Shown piece after piece: positions 9,314 through 18,387 of a stretch of DNA of 49,956 nucleotides. The notes beneath the pieces were generated by a model. It had not been told where the DNA came from, ran no database searches, and saw only the letters and a list, made by a program, of their open reading frames with translations. The DNA comes from Vicinamibacteria bacterium. Lineage in GTDB: Bacteria > Acidobacteriota > Vicinamibacteria > Fen-336. The translations under genes were made by a program, and so were the position numbers. The stretch spans positions 1-49,956 of the forward strand of contig DATBSL010000245.1 in NCBI GenBank assembly GCA_036559805.1, in the 5' to 3' direction. The first letter of the stretch is position 1. Each line of letters starts with the position of its first letter.

Positions 9314-10317
9314 AGGCCATGCTCCTGGCCGCCGGGCTCGGCCAGAGGATGCGGCCGCTCACGCTGCTGCGGGCGAAGCCCGTGCTGCCGGTGCTCGGCC
9401 GGCCGCTGCTCGCGCACACGCTCGAGAGGCTCGCGCGCGCCGGCGTCCGCGAGGCGATCGTGAACCTGCACCACCTGCCCGAGAGCGTGACCGCGGCGCT
9501 CGGGACGGGGCGCCGCTTCGGGATGCGTCTCAGCTACGTCCGCGAGCCCGTGATCCTGGGCACGGGCGGCGGGCCGCGAGCGGTGCGCGACTTCTTCGAG
9601 GGCGGGCCGGCGCTGCTCGTGAACGGGGACGTCTGGTTCGACTATGACCTGCGCCGCGTCGTCTCGCGCCACCGCGTCTCGGGTGCTTCGGCGACGCTGG
9701 CGCTGCGAGCCATGGCGAAGAACGATAGCTACTCGGCAATCGTGACGGACAGAGCCGGCCGAATCGTGTCGATCGCGGGTCATCCACGATCCGGCCGGGG
9801 GACGGTCTCGATGTTCACCGGGATCCACGTGCTCGACTCGCGGCTGCTCGAGCGGCTGCCGCACGGCCCGTCGGACAGCGTGCGCGACCTGTACGTCCCG
9901 ATGCTCGCGGAGGGCGCCCGCCTCGCGGGCGTGCGGCCCGCGGGCGCGTGGTACGATTTCGGCCGCCCCGCGCTCTATCGCGACGCGCAGCTGCGCATGC
10001 TGCCTCGCCGCGGCCGAAGCCAGCTCGTCGTCGGCGCGGCGGCGCGGGTCTCGACCGGCGCGGAGGTGTCGCGGTCGGTGATCGGCGCGCGCTCGCGAGT
10101 CGGCGCCGGCTCCCGCGTCGATCGAAGCGTGCTCTGGGAAGGCGCGGTGGTGGAGCCGCGGGCGCAGGTGCTGCGGGCGATCGTCACGGCGGGCGCTGTC
10201 GTGCGCAAGGGCGAGCGCGCGGACGGCGTGATCGTCCTGCCGCTCGCAACGGAGGGTCTCGACGAGCGAGCGGGCTTCGAGAGGCACGGCGACATGGCGT
10301 GGGTGGGAATCGAGTGA
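9310..10317 (+). CDS. Sugar-1-phosphate nucleotidyltransferase (NTP_transferase N-domain plus left-handed beta-helix C-domain)
   Basis: '[15 protein letters not shown]' nucleotidyltransferase signature. C-terminal hexapeptide repeats ('[35 protein letters not shown]'). ATG overlaps the upstream stop (ATGA). Confidence 0.8.
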   Translation: MKAMLLAAGLGQRMRPLTLLRAKPVLPVLGRPLLAHTLERLARAGVREAIVNLHHLPESVTAALGTGRRFGMRLSYVREPVILGTGGGPRAVRDFFEGGPALLVNGDVWFDYDLRRVVSRHRVSGASATLALRAMAKNDSYSAIVTDRAGRIVSIAGHPRSGRGTVSMFTGIHVLDSRLLERLPHGPSDSVRDLYVPMLAEGARLAGVRPAGAWYDFGRPALYRDAQLRMLPRRGRSQLVVGAAARVSTGAEVSRSVIGARSRVGAGSRVDRSVLWEGAVVEPRAQVLRAIVTAGAVVRKGERADGVIVLPLATEGLDERAGFERHGDMAWVGIE

Positions 10318-11324
10318 CGGCGAACGAGCAGGTGCTGGCGTACATCGCCGACCGGCAGCCCCGGCTCGCGAGCGCGGAGGTGATCGCGCTCTCCGGCGAC
10401 GCCTCGACGCGTCGCTACTTCCGGCTGCGCACCGCGGCCGGCAGCTACGTGCTCGCGCTCTACCCGGAGCCGTTCGCGCCCGACGAGCTCAGCTACGTGA
10501 GCGTGCGCGCCCTTTTCGCCTCGTACGGCCTTCCGGTGCCCGCGACGGTCGACGTGGACGGCGCGCGTGGCGTGGTGCTGCAGGAGGACCTGGGCGACCT
10601 CACGCTGCAGGAGGCGCTCAGGGGCGCGGGCGACGCCGCGCGCGACGAGCTGTATCGGCAGGCCGTCGACCTGCTGGCGAAGCTCCAGCTGCGCGCGGCG
10701 CAGGGCGCGCAGAAGGCCGCCTGCTTCCGGATCGCCTTCGACATCGAGAAGCTGAGCTGGGAGCTGCACTACTTCCAGAAGCACTTCCTCGAGGGCCTGC
10801 GCGCGGCGGACCTCACGGTCGAGGACCGCGCGGTGCTCTCGGAGGCGTTCCACCAGCTGAGTCAGGAGATCGCGTCCTGGCCGCGCGTGCTGTGCCACCG
10901 CGACTACCACAGCCGCAACCTGATGCCGCACGCCGACGAGCTGTACTGGATCGACTTCCAGGACGCGCGCATGGGGCCGGCGAGCTACGACCTCGCCTCG
11001 CTGCTGCGCGACGCCTACGTGGACGTCCCGGAGGCGCTGCAGGAGGATCTGAAGGAGCGCTTCCGGCAGCAGGCGTCGCCCGACGAGCCGCGCGAGGTGT
11101 TCCGCAGGCGCTACGACCTGATGTGCGTGCAGCGGAACCTGAAGACGCTCGGCACGTTCGGCTTCATGGCCACGGTGCGCCAGAACCCCGTGTACCTGCA
11201 GTACGTGCCGCGCACGCTCGAGCACACGCGCAAGAACCTGTCGCGCTACCCCGAGCTGGAGCGGCTGTGGCGCACGCTGGTGCGGCATGTGCCCGAGTTC
11301 GGCCAACCAGGGGGGACGGAATGA
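10314..11324 (+). CDS. Aminoglycoside-phosphotransferase-fold kinase (AmgK-like anomeric sugar kinase candidate)
   Basis: GTG 10314 overlaps the upstream stop (GTGA). Catalytic loop '[12 protein letters not shown]'. Metal-binding segment '[21 protein letters not shown]'. Confidence 0.8.
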   Translation: MTANEQVLAYIADRQPRLASAEVIALSGDASTRRYFRLRTAAGSYVLALYPEPFAPDELSYVSVRALFASYGLPVPATVDVDGARGVVLQEDLGDLTLQEALRGAGDAARDELYRQAVDLLAKLQLRAAQGAQKAACFRIAFDIEKLSWELHYFQKHFLEGLRAADLTVEDRAVLSEAFHQLSQEIASWPRVLCHRDYHSRNLMPHADELYWIDFQDARMGPASYDLASLLRDAYVDVPEALQEDLKERFRQQASPDEPREVFRRRYDLMCVQRNLKTLGTFGFMATVRQNPVYLQYVPRTLEHTRKNLSRYPELERLWRTLVRHVPEFGQPGGTE

Positions 11325-12616
11325 ACACCGTGAGGATCGAGGAGTTCGGCGCTCACGTGGGCGAGCCGGTGCGGGTCTTCGGCTGGATCCACAACAAGCG
11401 CTCGAGCGGCAAGCTGCAGTTCGTGATCCTGCGCGACGGCTCGGGCTACGCGCAGGCGGTCGTCTCGAAGAAGCAGGTGGCGCCCGAGGCCTGGGACGCG
11501 CTCGACGCCGCGGGCCAGGAGTCGTCGCTCGAGCTCGAGGGGGCGGTGCGCGCCGACGCGCGCGCCCCCGGAGGCTTCGAGATCGACGTCGCGTCGCTGC
11601 GCGTGCTGCAGGGCGTCCACGACTTCCCGATCACGCCCAAGGAGCACGGCACCGCCTTCCTGATGGAGCACCGGCACCTGTGGCTGCGCTCGACGCGCCA
11701 GCACGCGATCGCGCGGGTCCGGCACACGGTGGTGAAGGCCGCGCGCGACTACCTCGACGACCGCGGCTACCTGCTCGTCGACACGCCGATCTTCACGCCG
11801 GCGGCGTGCGAGGGGACCACGACGCTCTTCGGCGTACCGTACTTCGACGAGGGCACGGCGTACCTGACCCAGAGCGGACAGCTCTACAGCGAGGCGACGG
11901 TCGCGGCGCACGGCAAGGTGTACTGCTTCGGCCCGACGTTCCGCGCCGAGAAGTCGAAGACGCGGCGGCACCTGACGGAGTTCTGGATGGTCGAGCCCGA
12001 GATCGCCTTCGCGCACCTCGACGACGCGATAGCGCTCGCCGAGGGGCTCGTCTGCCACGTCGTCGAGCAGGCGCTCACCACGCGCAAGGCCGAGCTCGCC
12101 GTGCTCGAGCGCGACACGTCGAAGCTCGAGAGCGTCCAGGCGCCGTTCCCGCGGCTGCACTACCGCGACGCGATGAAGCTCGTCCGGGAGAAGGGCTCCG
12201 AGACGCCGATCGGCAGCGACTTCGGCGGCGCCGACGAGACGCTGATCGCGCAGGCCTACGAGCGGCCCGTCGTGGTGCACCGCTTCCCCTCGGCGATCAA
12301 GGCCTTCTACATGGCGCCCGACCCCGACGAGCCCGAGTACAGCCTGTCGGCGGACATCCTGGCGCCGGAAGGCTACGGCGAGATCGTGGGCGGGGGAGAG
12401 CGGCTCGCCGACCTCGAGCTGCTCGTGAAGCGGATCCGCGAGCACGGGCTGCCGGAGGAGTCGTTCCGCTGGTACCTGGACCTGCGCCGCTACGGCACCT
12501 TTCCCCACGCCGGCTTCGGGATGGGCATCGAGCGCGTGGTGACGTGGATCTGCGGCATCGAGCACCTGCGCGAGACGATCGCCTTCCCGCGAATGCTGTA
12601 CCGCATCTATCCCTAG
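11321..12616 (+). CDS. asnS: Asparagine--tRNA ligase
   Basis: Class II aaRS motifs '[27 protein letters not shown]' and '[10 protein letters not shown]'. 431 aa. ATG overlaps the upstream stop (ATGA). Confidence 0.9.
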   Translation: MNTVRIEEFGAHVGEPVRVFGWIHNKRSSGKLQFVILRDGSGYAQAVVSKKQVAPEAWDALDAAGQESSLELEGAVRADARAPGGFEIDVASLRVLQGVHDFPITPKEHGTAFLMEHRHLWLRSTRQHAIARVRHTVVKAARDYLDDRGYLLVDTPIFTPAACEGTTTLFGVPYFDEGTAYLTQSGQLYSEATVAAHGKVYCFGPTFRAEKSKTRRHLTEFWMVEPEIAFAHLDDAIALAEGLVCHVVEQALTTRKAELAVLERDTSKLESVQAPFPRLHYRDAMKLVREKGSETPIGSDFGGADETLIAQAYERPVVVHRFPSAIKAFYMAPDPDEPEYSLSADILAPEGYGEIVGGGERLADLELLVKRIREHGLPEESFRWYLDLRRYGTFPHAGFGMGIERVVTWICGIEHLRETIAFPRMLYRIYP

Positions 12617-12698
12617 AGGTGGGGGGTGCTGCGCCGCACCCCCCACACCCCCGCTCGCTGCGCGGGAGTGAATCCCGCTTCGCTCGCAGCCCGTTCCT
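12617..12698 (-). repeat. Type I intergenic repeat copy (inverted relative to the copies at 43677-43838)
   Basis: 11-bp stem GTGGGGGGTGC/GCACCCCCCAC (12619-12629 / 12636-12646). Second hairpin GCGGGA-gtgaa-TCCCGC (12662-12678). Module CGCTTCGCTCGCAGCCCGTTCC (12676-12697). The reverse complement aligns at about 80% (by eye) to 43758-43838. Confidence 0.8.
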
Positions 12699-12726
12699 CG
12701 CGCTGACACCGTTAGAATGCGGGCCC

Positions 12727-14799
12727 ATGCATCGAATGCTGCTCGTGCTGCTCTGGCTGGGCGCCGCCACGCTCTCCGCGGACTGGCCGCACTACGCCGG
12801 CGGGCCCACGTCGACGCGCTACTCGCCGCTGACGCAGATCACACCGGCCAACGTGGGCTCGCTGAGAGTCGCCTGGACCTACGACACGGGCGACGCGTTC
12901 AAGGGCTCCGAGATGCAGTGCCAGCCGGTCGTGGCCAAGGGCGTCCTGTATGCGACCTCGCCGAAGCTCCGGGTCTTCGCGCTCGACGCGGCCACCGGAG
13001 CGGCGCTCTGGAGCTTCGACCCGCTCCAAGGCGAGACGACTCCCGCGAAGACCCGGATCCGCGGGCTCATGTACTGGGAGCGCGGCGCCGAGCGCCGCAT
13101 CTACTTCGCCGCGCGCCACTGGCTCTACGCGCTCGACGCGCGGACGGGCCAGCCGCTCAAGCGCTTCGGACGCAAGGGCCGCGTCGACCTGCGCCGGGGA
13201 TTTCGCGAACGGGATGCGCGCGCGCTCAGCATCGGCGTCAACACGCCCGGTGTCTTCTTCGGCGACCTGCTGATCCTCGGGTCGATCGTCCCCGAGGGCT
13301 TGCCCTCGGCGCCCGGCGACATCCGCGCCTTCGACGTCCACACGGGCCGGCGGAAGTGGGCCTTCCACACGATCCCGCACCCGGGAGAGCTCGGCTACGA
13401 CACCTGGCCCGCGGAGGCGTGGAAGTACACGGGCGGCGCCAACGCCTGGGCCGGCCTGTCGCTCGACGCGAAGCGCGGGCTCGTCTACGCCGCGACCGGG
13501 TCGGCGGCGTACGACTTCTACGGCGCCAACCGGGCCGGCGACAACCTGTTCGCGAACACCATCCTCTGCCTCAAGGCGGCCACCGGCGAGCGCGTCTGGC
13601 ACTTCCAGGCCGTGAAGCACGACGTCTGGGACCGCGACTTCCCGGCGGCGCCCGCGCTCATCACGATCGAGAAGGACGGTCTCCGCCGCGACGTCGTGGC
13701 CCAGATCGGGAAGAACGGCCGCACCTACGTTCTCGACCGCGACACCGGGGAGCCGGTCTTTCCGATGGAGGAGCTCACGGTCGCCGCCTCGGACGTGCCC
13801 GGCGAGCGGCTCGCGGCGACGCAGCGTCTCCCCGCGCTGCCGCCGCCGTTCACGCGGCAGAGGTTCACCGAGGACCTGATCACCACGCGGACGCCGGTCG
13901 CCGAGAAGGCCGTCCGGGAGGAGTGGCAGAAGCTCAGAAAAGGCGGCGAGTACGACCCTCCGAGCCTCGAGGGCACCGTCCTGTTTCCGGGGATGGACGG
14001 CGGCGGGGAGTGGGGCGGCGTCGCATTCGACCCGGGGTCGGGGCTGCTCTACGTCAACGCCAACGAGATGGCCTGGCGCGTCAGGCTCAACGAGCGGAAG
14101 CTGCCGGACGGCGAGCCGACTTCGGGCAAGGCGCTCTACGAGGCGTATTGCGCCTCGTGCCACCGGTCCGACCTGCGCGGGAGCCCGCCCGAGTTCCCGT
14201 CCCTCGCCGGCATCGGCGAGCGGCGCAGCGTCGACCAGGTCGCCGCGGTCGTGGAGCACGGGGCAGGCCGCATGCCCGGATACACCGCGATGCACGCGGC
14301 CAAGCGCCGGGCGATCGTCGCGTACGTCGTGAGCGGGAAATCCGTCGGCGTCGACGCCGGGCAGCCCACGCCCTTCGACGTCCGCTACTCGCTCGACGGT
14401 TACGCCCGCCTGACGGATCCCGACGGCTTTCCCGCGGTGAAGCCGCCCTGGGGCACGCTCACGGCCATCGACATGAACCGGGCGGCGATCGCCTGGCAGG
14501 TGCCGCTCGGCGAGATGCCGGGCTCCGGCCTGACCGGAACCGGCAGCGAAAACTACGGCGGGCCCGTCGTCACGGCGAGCGGACTGCTGTTCATCGGCGC
14601 GACGGTGTACGACAGCAAGTTCCGTGCGTTCGAGGCCAGGAGCGGAAAGCTGCTGTGGGAGACGAGCCTGCCGGCCGCCGGCAACGCCACTCCGGCCGTC
14701 TACGAGGTGAACGGCCGGCAGTTCGTGGTCATCGCCGCCGGGGGCGGCAAGTGGGGCGCCCCGTCCGGCGGCAGCTACGTGGCGTTCGCGCTGCCCTAG
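12727..14799 (+). CDS. PQQ-dependent dehydrogenase (beta-propeller) with an embedded c-type cytochrome domain
   Basis: Signal peptide 'MHRMLLVLLWLGAATLSA'. N-terminal quinoprotein signature 'DWPHYAGGPTSTRYSPLTQITPANVGSLRVAW'. CASCH heme motif at 14149-14163 with a downstream 'GRMPGY' Met. Propeller blades continue after it ('GGPVVTASGLLFIGA', 'GKLLWE', 'GRQFVVIAAGG'). Confidence 0.85.
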   Translation: MHRMLLVLLWLGAATLSADWPHYAGGPTSTRYSPLTQITPANVGSLRVAWTYDTGDAFKGSEMQCQPVVAKGVLYATSPKLRVFALDAATGAALWSFDPLQGETTPAKTRIRGLMYWERGAERRIYFAARHWLYALDARTGQPLKRFGRKGRVDLRRGFRERDARALSIGVNTPGVFFGDLLILGSIVPEGLPSAPGDIRAFDVHTGRRKWAFHTIPHPGELGYDTWPAEAWKYTGGANAWAGLSLDAKRGLVYAATGSAAYDFYGANRAGDNLFANTILCLKAATGERVWHFQAVKHDVWDRDFPAAPALITIEKDGLRRDVVAQIGKNGRTYVLDRDTGEPVFPMEELTVAASDVPGERLAATQRLPALPPPFTRQRFTEDLITTRTPVAEKAVREEWQKLRKGGEYDPPSLEGTVLFPGMDGGGEWGGVAFDPGSGLLYVNANEMAWRVRLNERKLPDGEPTSGKALYEAYCASCHRSDLRGSPPEFPSLAGIGERRSVDQVAAVVEHGAGRMPGYTAMHAAKRRAIVAYVVSGKSVGVDAGQPTPFDVRYSLDGYARLTDPDGFPAVKPPWGTLTAIDMNRAAIAWQVPLGEMPGSGLTGTGSENYGGPVVTASGLLFIGATVYDSKFRAFEARSGKLLWETSLPAAGNATPAVYEVNGRQFVVIAAGGGKWGAPSGGSYVAFALP

Positions 14800-14819
14800 G
14801 CCGTGCGCTCGAGCTGATC

Positions 14820-15902
14820 GTGCTCGCCGCGTACGTCTCGGGGCACGGGTACGGGCACGCGACGCGGACGGCCGAGGTGCTGCGCGTCCTGCGCCAGCGG
14901 GCGCCCGACCTTCCGGTGACGGTCTGCACGTCGGCGCCCGCCCCGCTTTTCGAGGTCGTTGGCGGGCCGACGTCGATCCGCACCGTCCACTGCGACGTCG
15001 GCCTCGTCCAGAAAGACGCGCTGACGATCGACGAGGCGTCGACGGCGGCCGCGCTCTCGGACTTTCTCGCCGGTTGGGAGAGCCGGGTCGCCGCGGAGGC
15101 GAACGTCCTTCGCGAGTCCGGAGCCCGGCTCGTGGTCGGCGACATTCCTCCGCTCGCGTTCGCGGCCGCCGCCGAGGCCGGTATCCGGTCGATCGCGCTC
15201 GGTAACTTCTCGTGGGACTGGATCTACCGGCACCTCGCGGCGCGCGAGCCTGCGTTCGCCGAGGCCGGCCGGCACGCGGCCGAGGCCTACGCGCGCGCCG
15301 GGCTCCTGCTGCGGCTGCCCTTCGCCGGCGACCTGTCGGCGTTCGCGCGCGTCGAAGACGTTCCGCTCGTGGTGCGAAGACCCGGGGTGGGGAAGACCGA
15401 GGCGCGCCGGCGGCTCGGGCTCGCAGACGGTCCTGTCGTGCTGCTCTCGTTCGGGGGCGTAGGCATGCCCGGACTGCAGCCGGCGGCCTACGCTCGGCTC
15501 GACGCCTGGAGCTTCGTCCTGACGGGCCGCGCAGCCGACGGCCCCGCGCCCCCGAACCTGCGCCGTCTCGACGCGTCTCATCTGGCCGCTGCCGGCCTCG
15601 GCTACCCGGACCTCGTGGGCGCCGCCGACGTCGTCGTCTCGAAGCCGGGCTACGGGATCGTCACCGACTGCATCGGGGCAGGCGCGCGGCTCGTGTACAC
15701 GGACCGCGGAGATTTCCCGGAGTACCCGGTGCTCGTGGGCGAGATGCCGCGCTACCTGCCGGTCGCGTTCGCGTCGAACGCCGAGGTGCGCGAGGGGCGG
15801 CTCGAGCGAGCGCTCGCGAGCGTGCTCGAGCAACCGTTTCCGGCTCCGCCTTCCTTGGACGGCGCGGCCGTCGTCGCCGACCGGCTGCTGCGGGCGCTCT
15901 AG
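14820..15902 (+). CDS. GT-B fold glycosyltransferase-like protein (GT1/GT28-like)
   Basis: C-terminal part of track ORF 12717..15902. N-terminal 'VSGHGYGHATRTAEVLRVL' and C-terminal 'VVSKPGYGIVTDCIGAG' are typical of UDP-glycosyltransferase-like proteins. Start is uncertain (GTG 14820 is the nearest canonical start). Confidence 0.65.
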   Translation: MLAAYVSGHGYGHATRTAEVLRVLRQRAPDLPVTVCTSAPAPLFEVVGGPTSIRTVHCDVGLVQKDALTIDEASTAAALSDFLAGWESRVAAEANVLRESGARLVVGDIPPLAFAAAAEAGIRSIALGNFSWDWIYRHLAAREPAFAEAGRHAAEAYARAGLLLRLPFAGDLSAFARVEDVPLVVRRPGVGKTEARRRLGLADGPVVLLSFGGVGMPGLQPAAYARLDAWSFVLTGRAADGPAPPNLRRLDASHLAAAGLGYPDLVGAADVVVSKPGYGIVTDCIGAGARLVYTDRGDFPEYPVLVGEMPRYLPVAFASNAEVREGRLERALASVLEQPFPAPPSLDGAAVVADRLLRAL

Positions 15903-16645
15903 AGCCCGATGAAGGCGAGGCTGTGCATGGTGTACTTGCGGATCTCGGCCTCGTGCTTGCGGAACAGCTCGACGTTGGCGCGCGGCACGTGGAGCGCCTG
16001 CTCGGCGTTGTCGCCCATCTGCCCCATGGCTTCCTTCAGCTTGCGCGCGTCCTCGTCGCTCAAGTGCCCCTCCGGGAGCTGCTTCGCCGCGTCCGCCACC
16101 GCCCCGGAGATGGCCTCCGCCGGCAGCTGCCCGGACTTCGTCTCGGAACCTGCGGCCCAGGCGGACTTGTAGACGGCGAGCTGAACGTCGCGGTACTCGC
16201 CCTCGCTCATGCCCACGGAGGCGAGCGCTTTCATCTGCTCGAGGCGGATCGCGCCCGCCATTCGGGCCAGCGACCCACCTGCCGACCAGAGCTCGGAGAG
16301 CGTCAGCTTGTCGCTGGACGACTCGGCCTTCTTCTCGATGTCGCTGAGCTCCGCCTCGTACTTTCCGTAGACCGCGTGGACCTGCCGGCGCACGTCCAGG
16401 AATTTCAGGAAGCGGTCCTCGGCGATCACGCCGTTCGGCTTCGGAGTGTAGGGGTTGGCATTCGCCTGCTTCTCGTAGCGCTCCATCTCCTCGCTCTGGG
16501 CCGTCAAGTCGCCGATGCCCGTGGAGACCTCCTGGAGCTTGTCCTTGGCCCACCACGCCCCGGCGCCGACCACGCCGAGGACGGCCGCCGTGCCCAGCAG
16601 GACGACGCAGCCGCAGCCGATCGCGACCTTCGCTCCCGTGCCCAT
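15899..16645 (-). CDS. Hypothetical membrane-anchored protein
   Basis: ATG 16645 is preceded by GGGGGAGAG. N-terminal TM 'VAIGCGCVVLLGTAAVLGVVGAGAWW', then a helical Lys/Glu-rich soluble part with good GC3. The longer track ORF (to 17038) has an Arg/Pro-rich, non-protein-like prefix. Confidence 0.6.
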   Translation of the reverse strand: MGTGAKVAIGCGCVVLLGTAAVLGVVGAGAWWAKDKLQEVSTGIGDLTAQSEEMERYEKQANANPYTPKPNGVIAEDRFLKFLDVRRQVHAVYGKYEAELSDIEKKAESSSDKLTLSELWSAGGSLARMAGAIRLEQMKALASVGMSEGEYRDVQLAVYKSAWAAGSETKSGQLPAEAISGAVADAAKQLPEGHLSDEDARKLKEAMGQMGDNAEQALHVPRANVELFRKHEAEIRKYTMHSLAFIGL

Positions 16646-16753
16646 CGTGTCTCTCCCCCTTGCGACGTGGAGTATAGCGTTCGCTGTCGGTAGCCCAGGC
16701 CGGGGTAGAATGAGCGTTCGGGTCCTCTCGGACGGGCCCGTCCTGGAGGATCG

Positions 16754-17023
16754 ATGGAACCGACGTGGCACGACGGCCTCAGCCGGAAGGCCCTGGTGGA
16801 ACTGGTCGAGGGGCTGCTCCTGGCGATGGACAAGTCGGTGCCCCGGCTCGACGCCATCGCCCATCACCTCTCGCTCATGTCGCAGCAGGGGGAGGAGATG
16901 GAGGTGCTCGGCGGCATCTCCGACCAGATCGCCGACCTGGGCGACGAGCTCTACGCCGCGAGCGACCGCGAGAAGCTGCGCGACTGGGGCAACGAGATCG
17001 ACGCGAGCGGCAAGGCCAACTGA
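16754..17023 (+). CDS. Small acidic hypothetical protein (89 aa)
   Basis: ATG start, very high GC3, protein-like helical sequence. Ends 23 nt upstream of rimO. No family recognised. Confidence 0.5.
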   Translation: MEPTWHDGLSRKALVELVEGLLLAMDKSVPRLDAIAHHLSLMSQQGEEMEVLGGISDQIADLGDELYAASDREKLRDWGNEIDASGKAN

Positions 17024-17046
17024 GACCGGACGACGCACGCACGATC

Positions 17047-18387
17047 ATGAGCGAAGCCACCGGCAAGACCATTGGGATGGTGTCTTTGGGGTGCCCCAAG
17101 AACCTGGTCGACGGCGAGGTGATGCTCGGGCGGCTCCAGGGCGCCGGCTACGAGCTCGTGCCCGACGCCCGGCAGGCGGACGTGATCGTCGTCAACACCT
17201 GCGCGTTCATCGACCGGGCCAAGCAGGAGTCCGTCGACACGATCCTCGAGATGGCGCGCGAGAAAGAGGTCGGCCGGGCGAAACGCCTCGTCGTGACCGG
17301 TTGTCTCTCGGAGCGCTACGACGCCGAGCTTCGCAAGGAGATCCCGGAGATCGACGCGACGCTCGGCACGGGCCAGGTCGCCGAGATCCTGCGCGCGGTG
17401 TCGGGCGACGCCACCACGCGCGAGGAGGCGGGGCCCGACCTGCCCACCTGGGTCTACGACCACACGCTGCCGCGCATTCTGTCGACCCCGCCCTGGCTCG
17501 CCTACGTGAAGATCAGCGAGGGCTGCGACTACACCTGCTCGTTCTGCATCATCCCGAAGCTGCGGGGCCGGCACCGCAGCCGCAGCGTCGAGGACATCGT
17601 GAGCGAGACGCGCGCGCTGGCGGCCCGCGGCGTGCGCGAGATCGTGCTCGTGGCGCAGGACTCGACGCGCTACGGCCTGGACCACGGCGTGCGCGACGGG
17701 CTCGCCTACCTGCTGCGGCGGCTCGGGCGCGTGGACGGGATTCGCTGGATCCGGGTGATGTACGCGTATCCCTCGACCCTCAGCGACAAGGTGCTCGACG
17801 CGATCGCGAGCGAGGACAAGGTCGTCAAGTACGTGGACATCCCGCTGCAGCACGCGAGCGAGCCGGTCCTGAAGCGGATGAAGCGTCCGACCGGCAAAGG
17901 CAACCTGCTCGGGATGGTGGAGAGGATCCGCGAGCGGGTGCCTGGCGTCGCGGTCCGCACGTCGTTCATCGTCGGCTTCCCCGGGGAGACGAATGAGGAC
18001 TTCGCGAAGCTCGTCGAGTTCGTGGAAGCGGGCCGCTTCGACAACGTCGGCGTCTTCACCTTCTCCGACGAGGAGGGCACGACGTCGTGGGACCTGCCGG
18101 GTCGGGTGCCGGGCCGCGTCAAGGAGTCTCGCAAGCGCAAGCTGATGTCGCTGCAGAAGAAGCTGTCACTGCGCCGCAACCGGGCCCGCGTCGGCGAGCG
18201 CGTCGAGGTGCTGGTCGAGGGCACGCACCCGGACAGCGACCTGCTGCTTCGGGGCCGGCTGGCGACGCAGGCTCCCGAGATCGACGGGCAGGTGATCGTC
18301 AACGACGGGACCGCCGAGCCGGGCAGCTTCGTGACCTGCGAGGTCACCGAAGCCCACCACTACGACCTGGTTGCGCGCGTCGTCTAG
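17047..18387 (+). CDS. rimO: Ribosomal protein S12 methylthiotransferase RimO
   Basis: 'SLGCPKNLVDGEVMLG' and 'VNTCAFI' (UPF0004 domain). Radical SAM motif 'EGCDYTCSFCIIP'. C-terminal TRAM domain. Confidence 0.92.
   Translation: MSEATGKTIGMVSLGCPKNLVDGEVMLGRLQGAGYELVPDARQADVIVVNTCAFIDRAKQESVDTILEMAREKEVGRAKRLVVTGCLSERYDAELRKEIPEIDATLGTGQVAEILRAVSGDATTREEAGPDLPTWVYDHTLPRILSTPPWLAYVKISEGCDYTCSFCIIPKLRGRHRSRSVEDIVSETRALAARGVREIVLVAQDSTRYGLDHGVRDGLAYLLRRLGRVDGIRWIRVMYAYPSTLSDKVLDAIASEDKVVKYVDIPLQHASEPVLKRMKRPTGKGNLLGMVERIRERVPGVAVRTSFIVGFPGETNEDFAKLVEFVEAGRFDNVGVFTFSDEEGTTSWDLPGRVPGRVKESRKRKLMSLQKKLSLRRNRARVGERVEVLVEGTHPDSDLLLRGRLATQAPEIDGQVIVNDGTAEPGSFVTCEVTEAHHYDLVARVV

Noticed and set aside
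16515-17996. 493-aa plus-strand ORF, and an ATG directly after TAGAAT at about 16706-16711
   Set aside because: The frame is rich in Trp, Arg and Pro and overlaps the well-supported small ORF and rimO out of frame. The TAGAAT may be a -10 element for the 16754 ORF and rimO, but the -35 region is unconvincing, so it is not listed as a feature.
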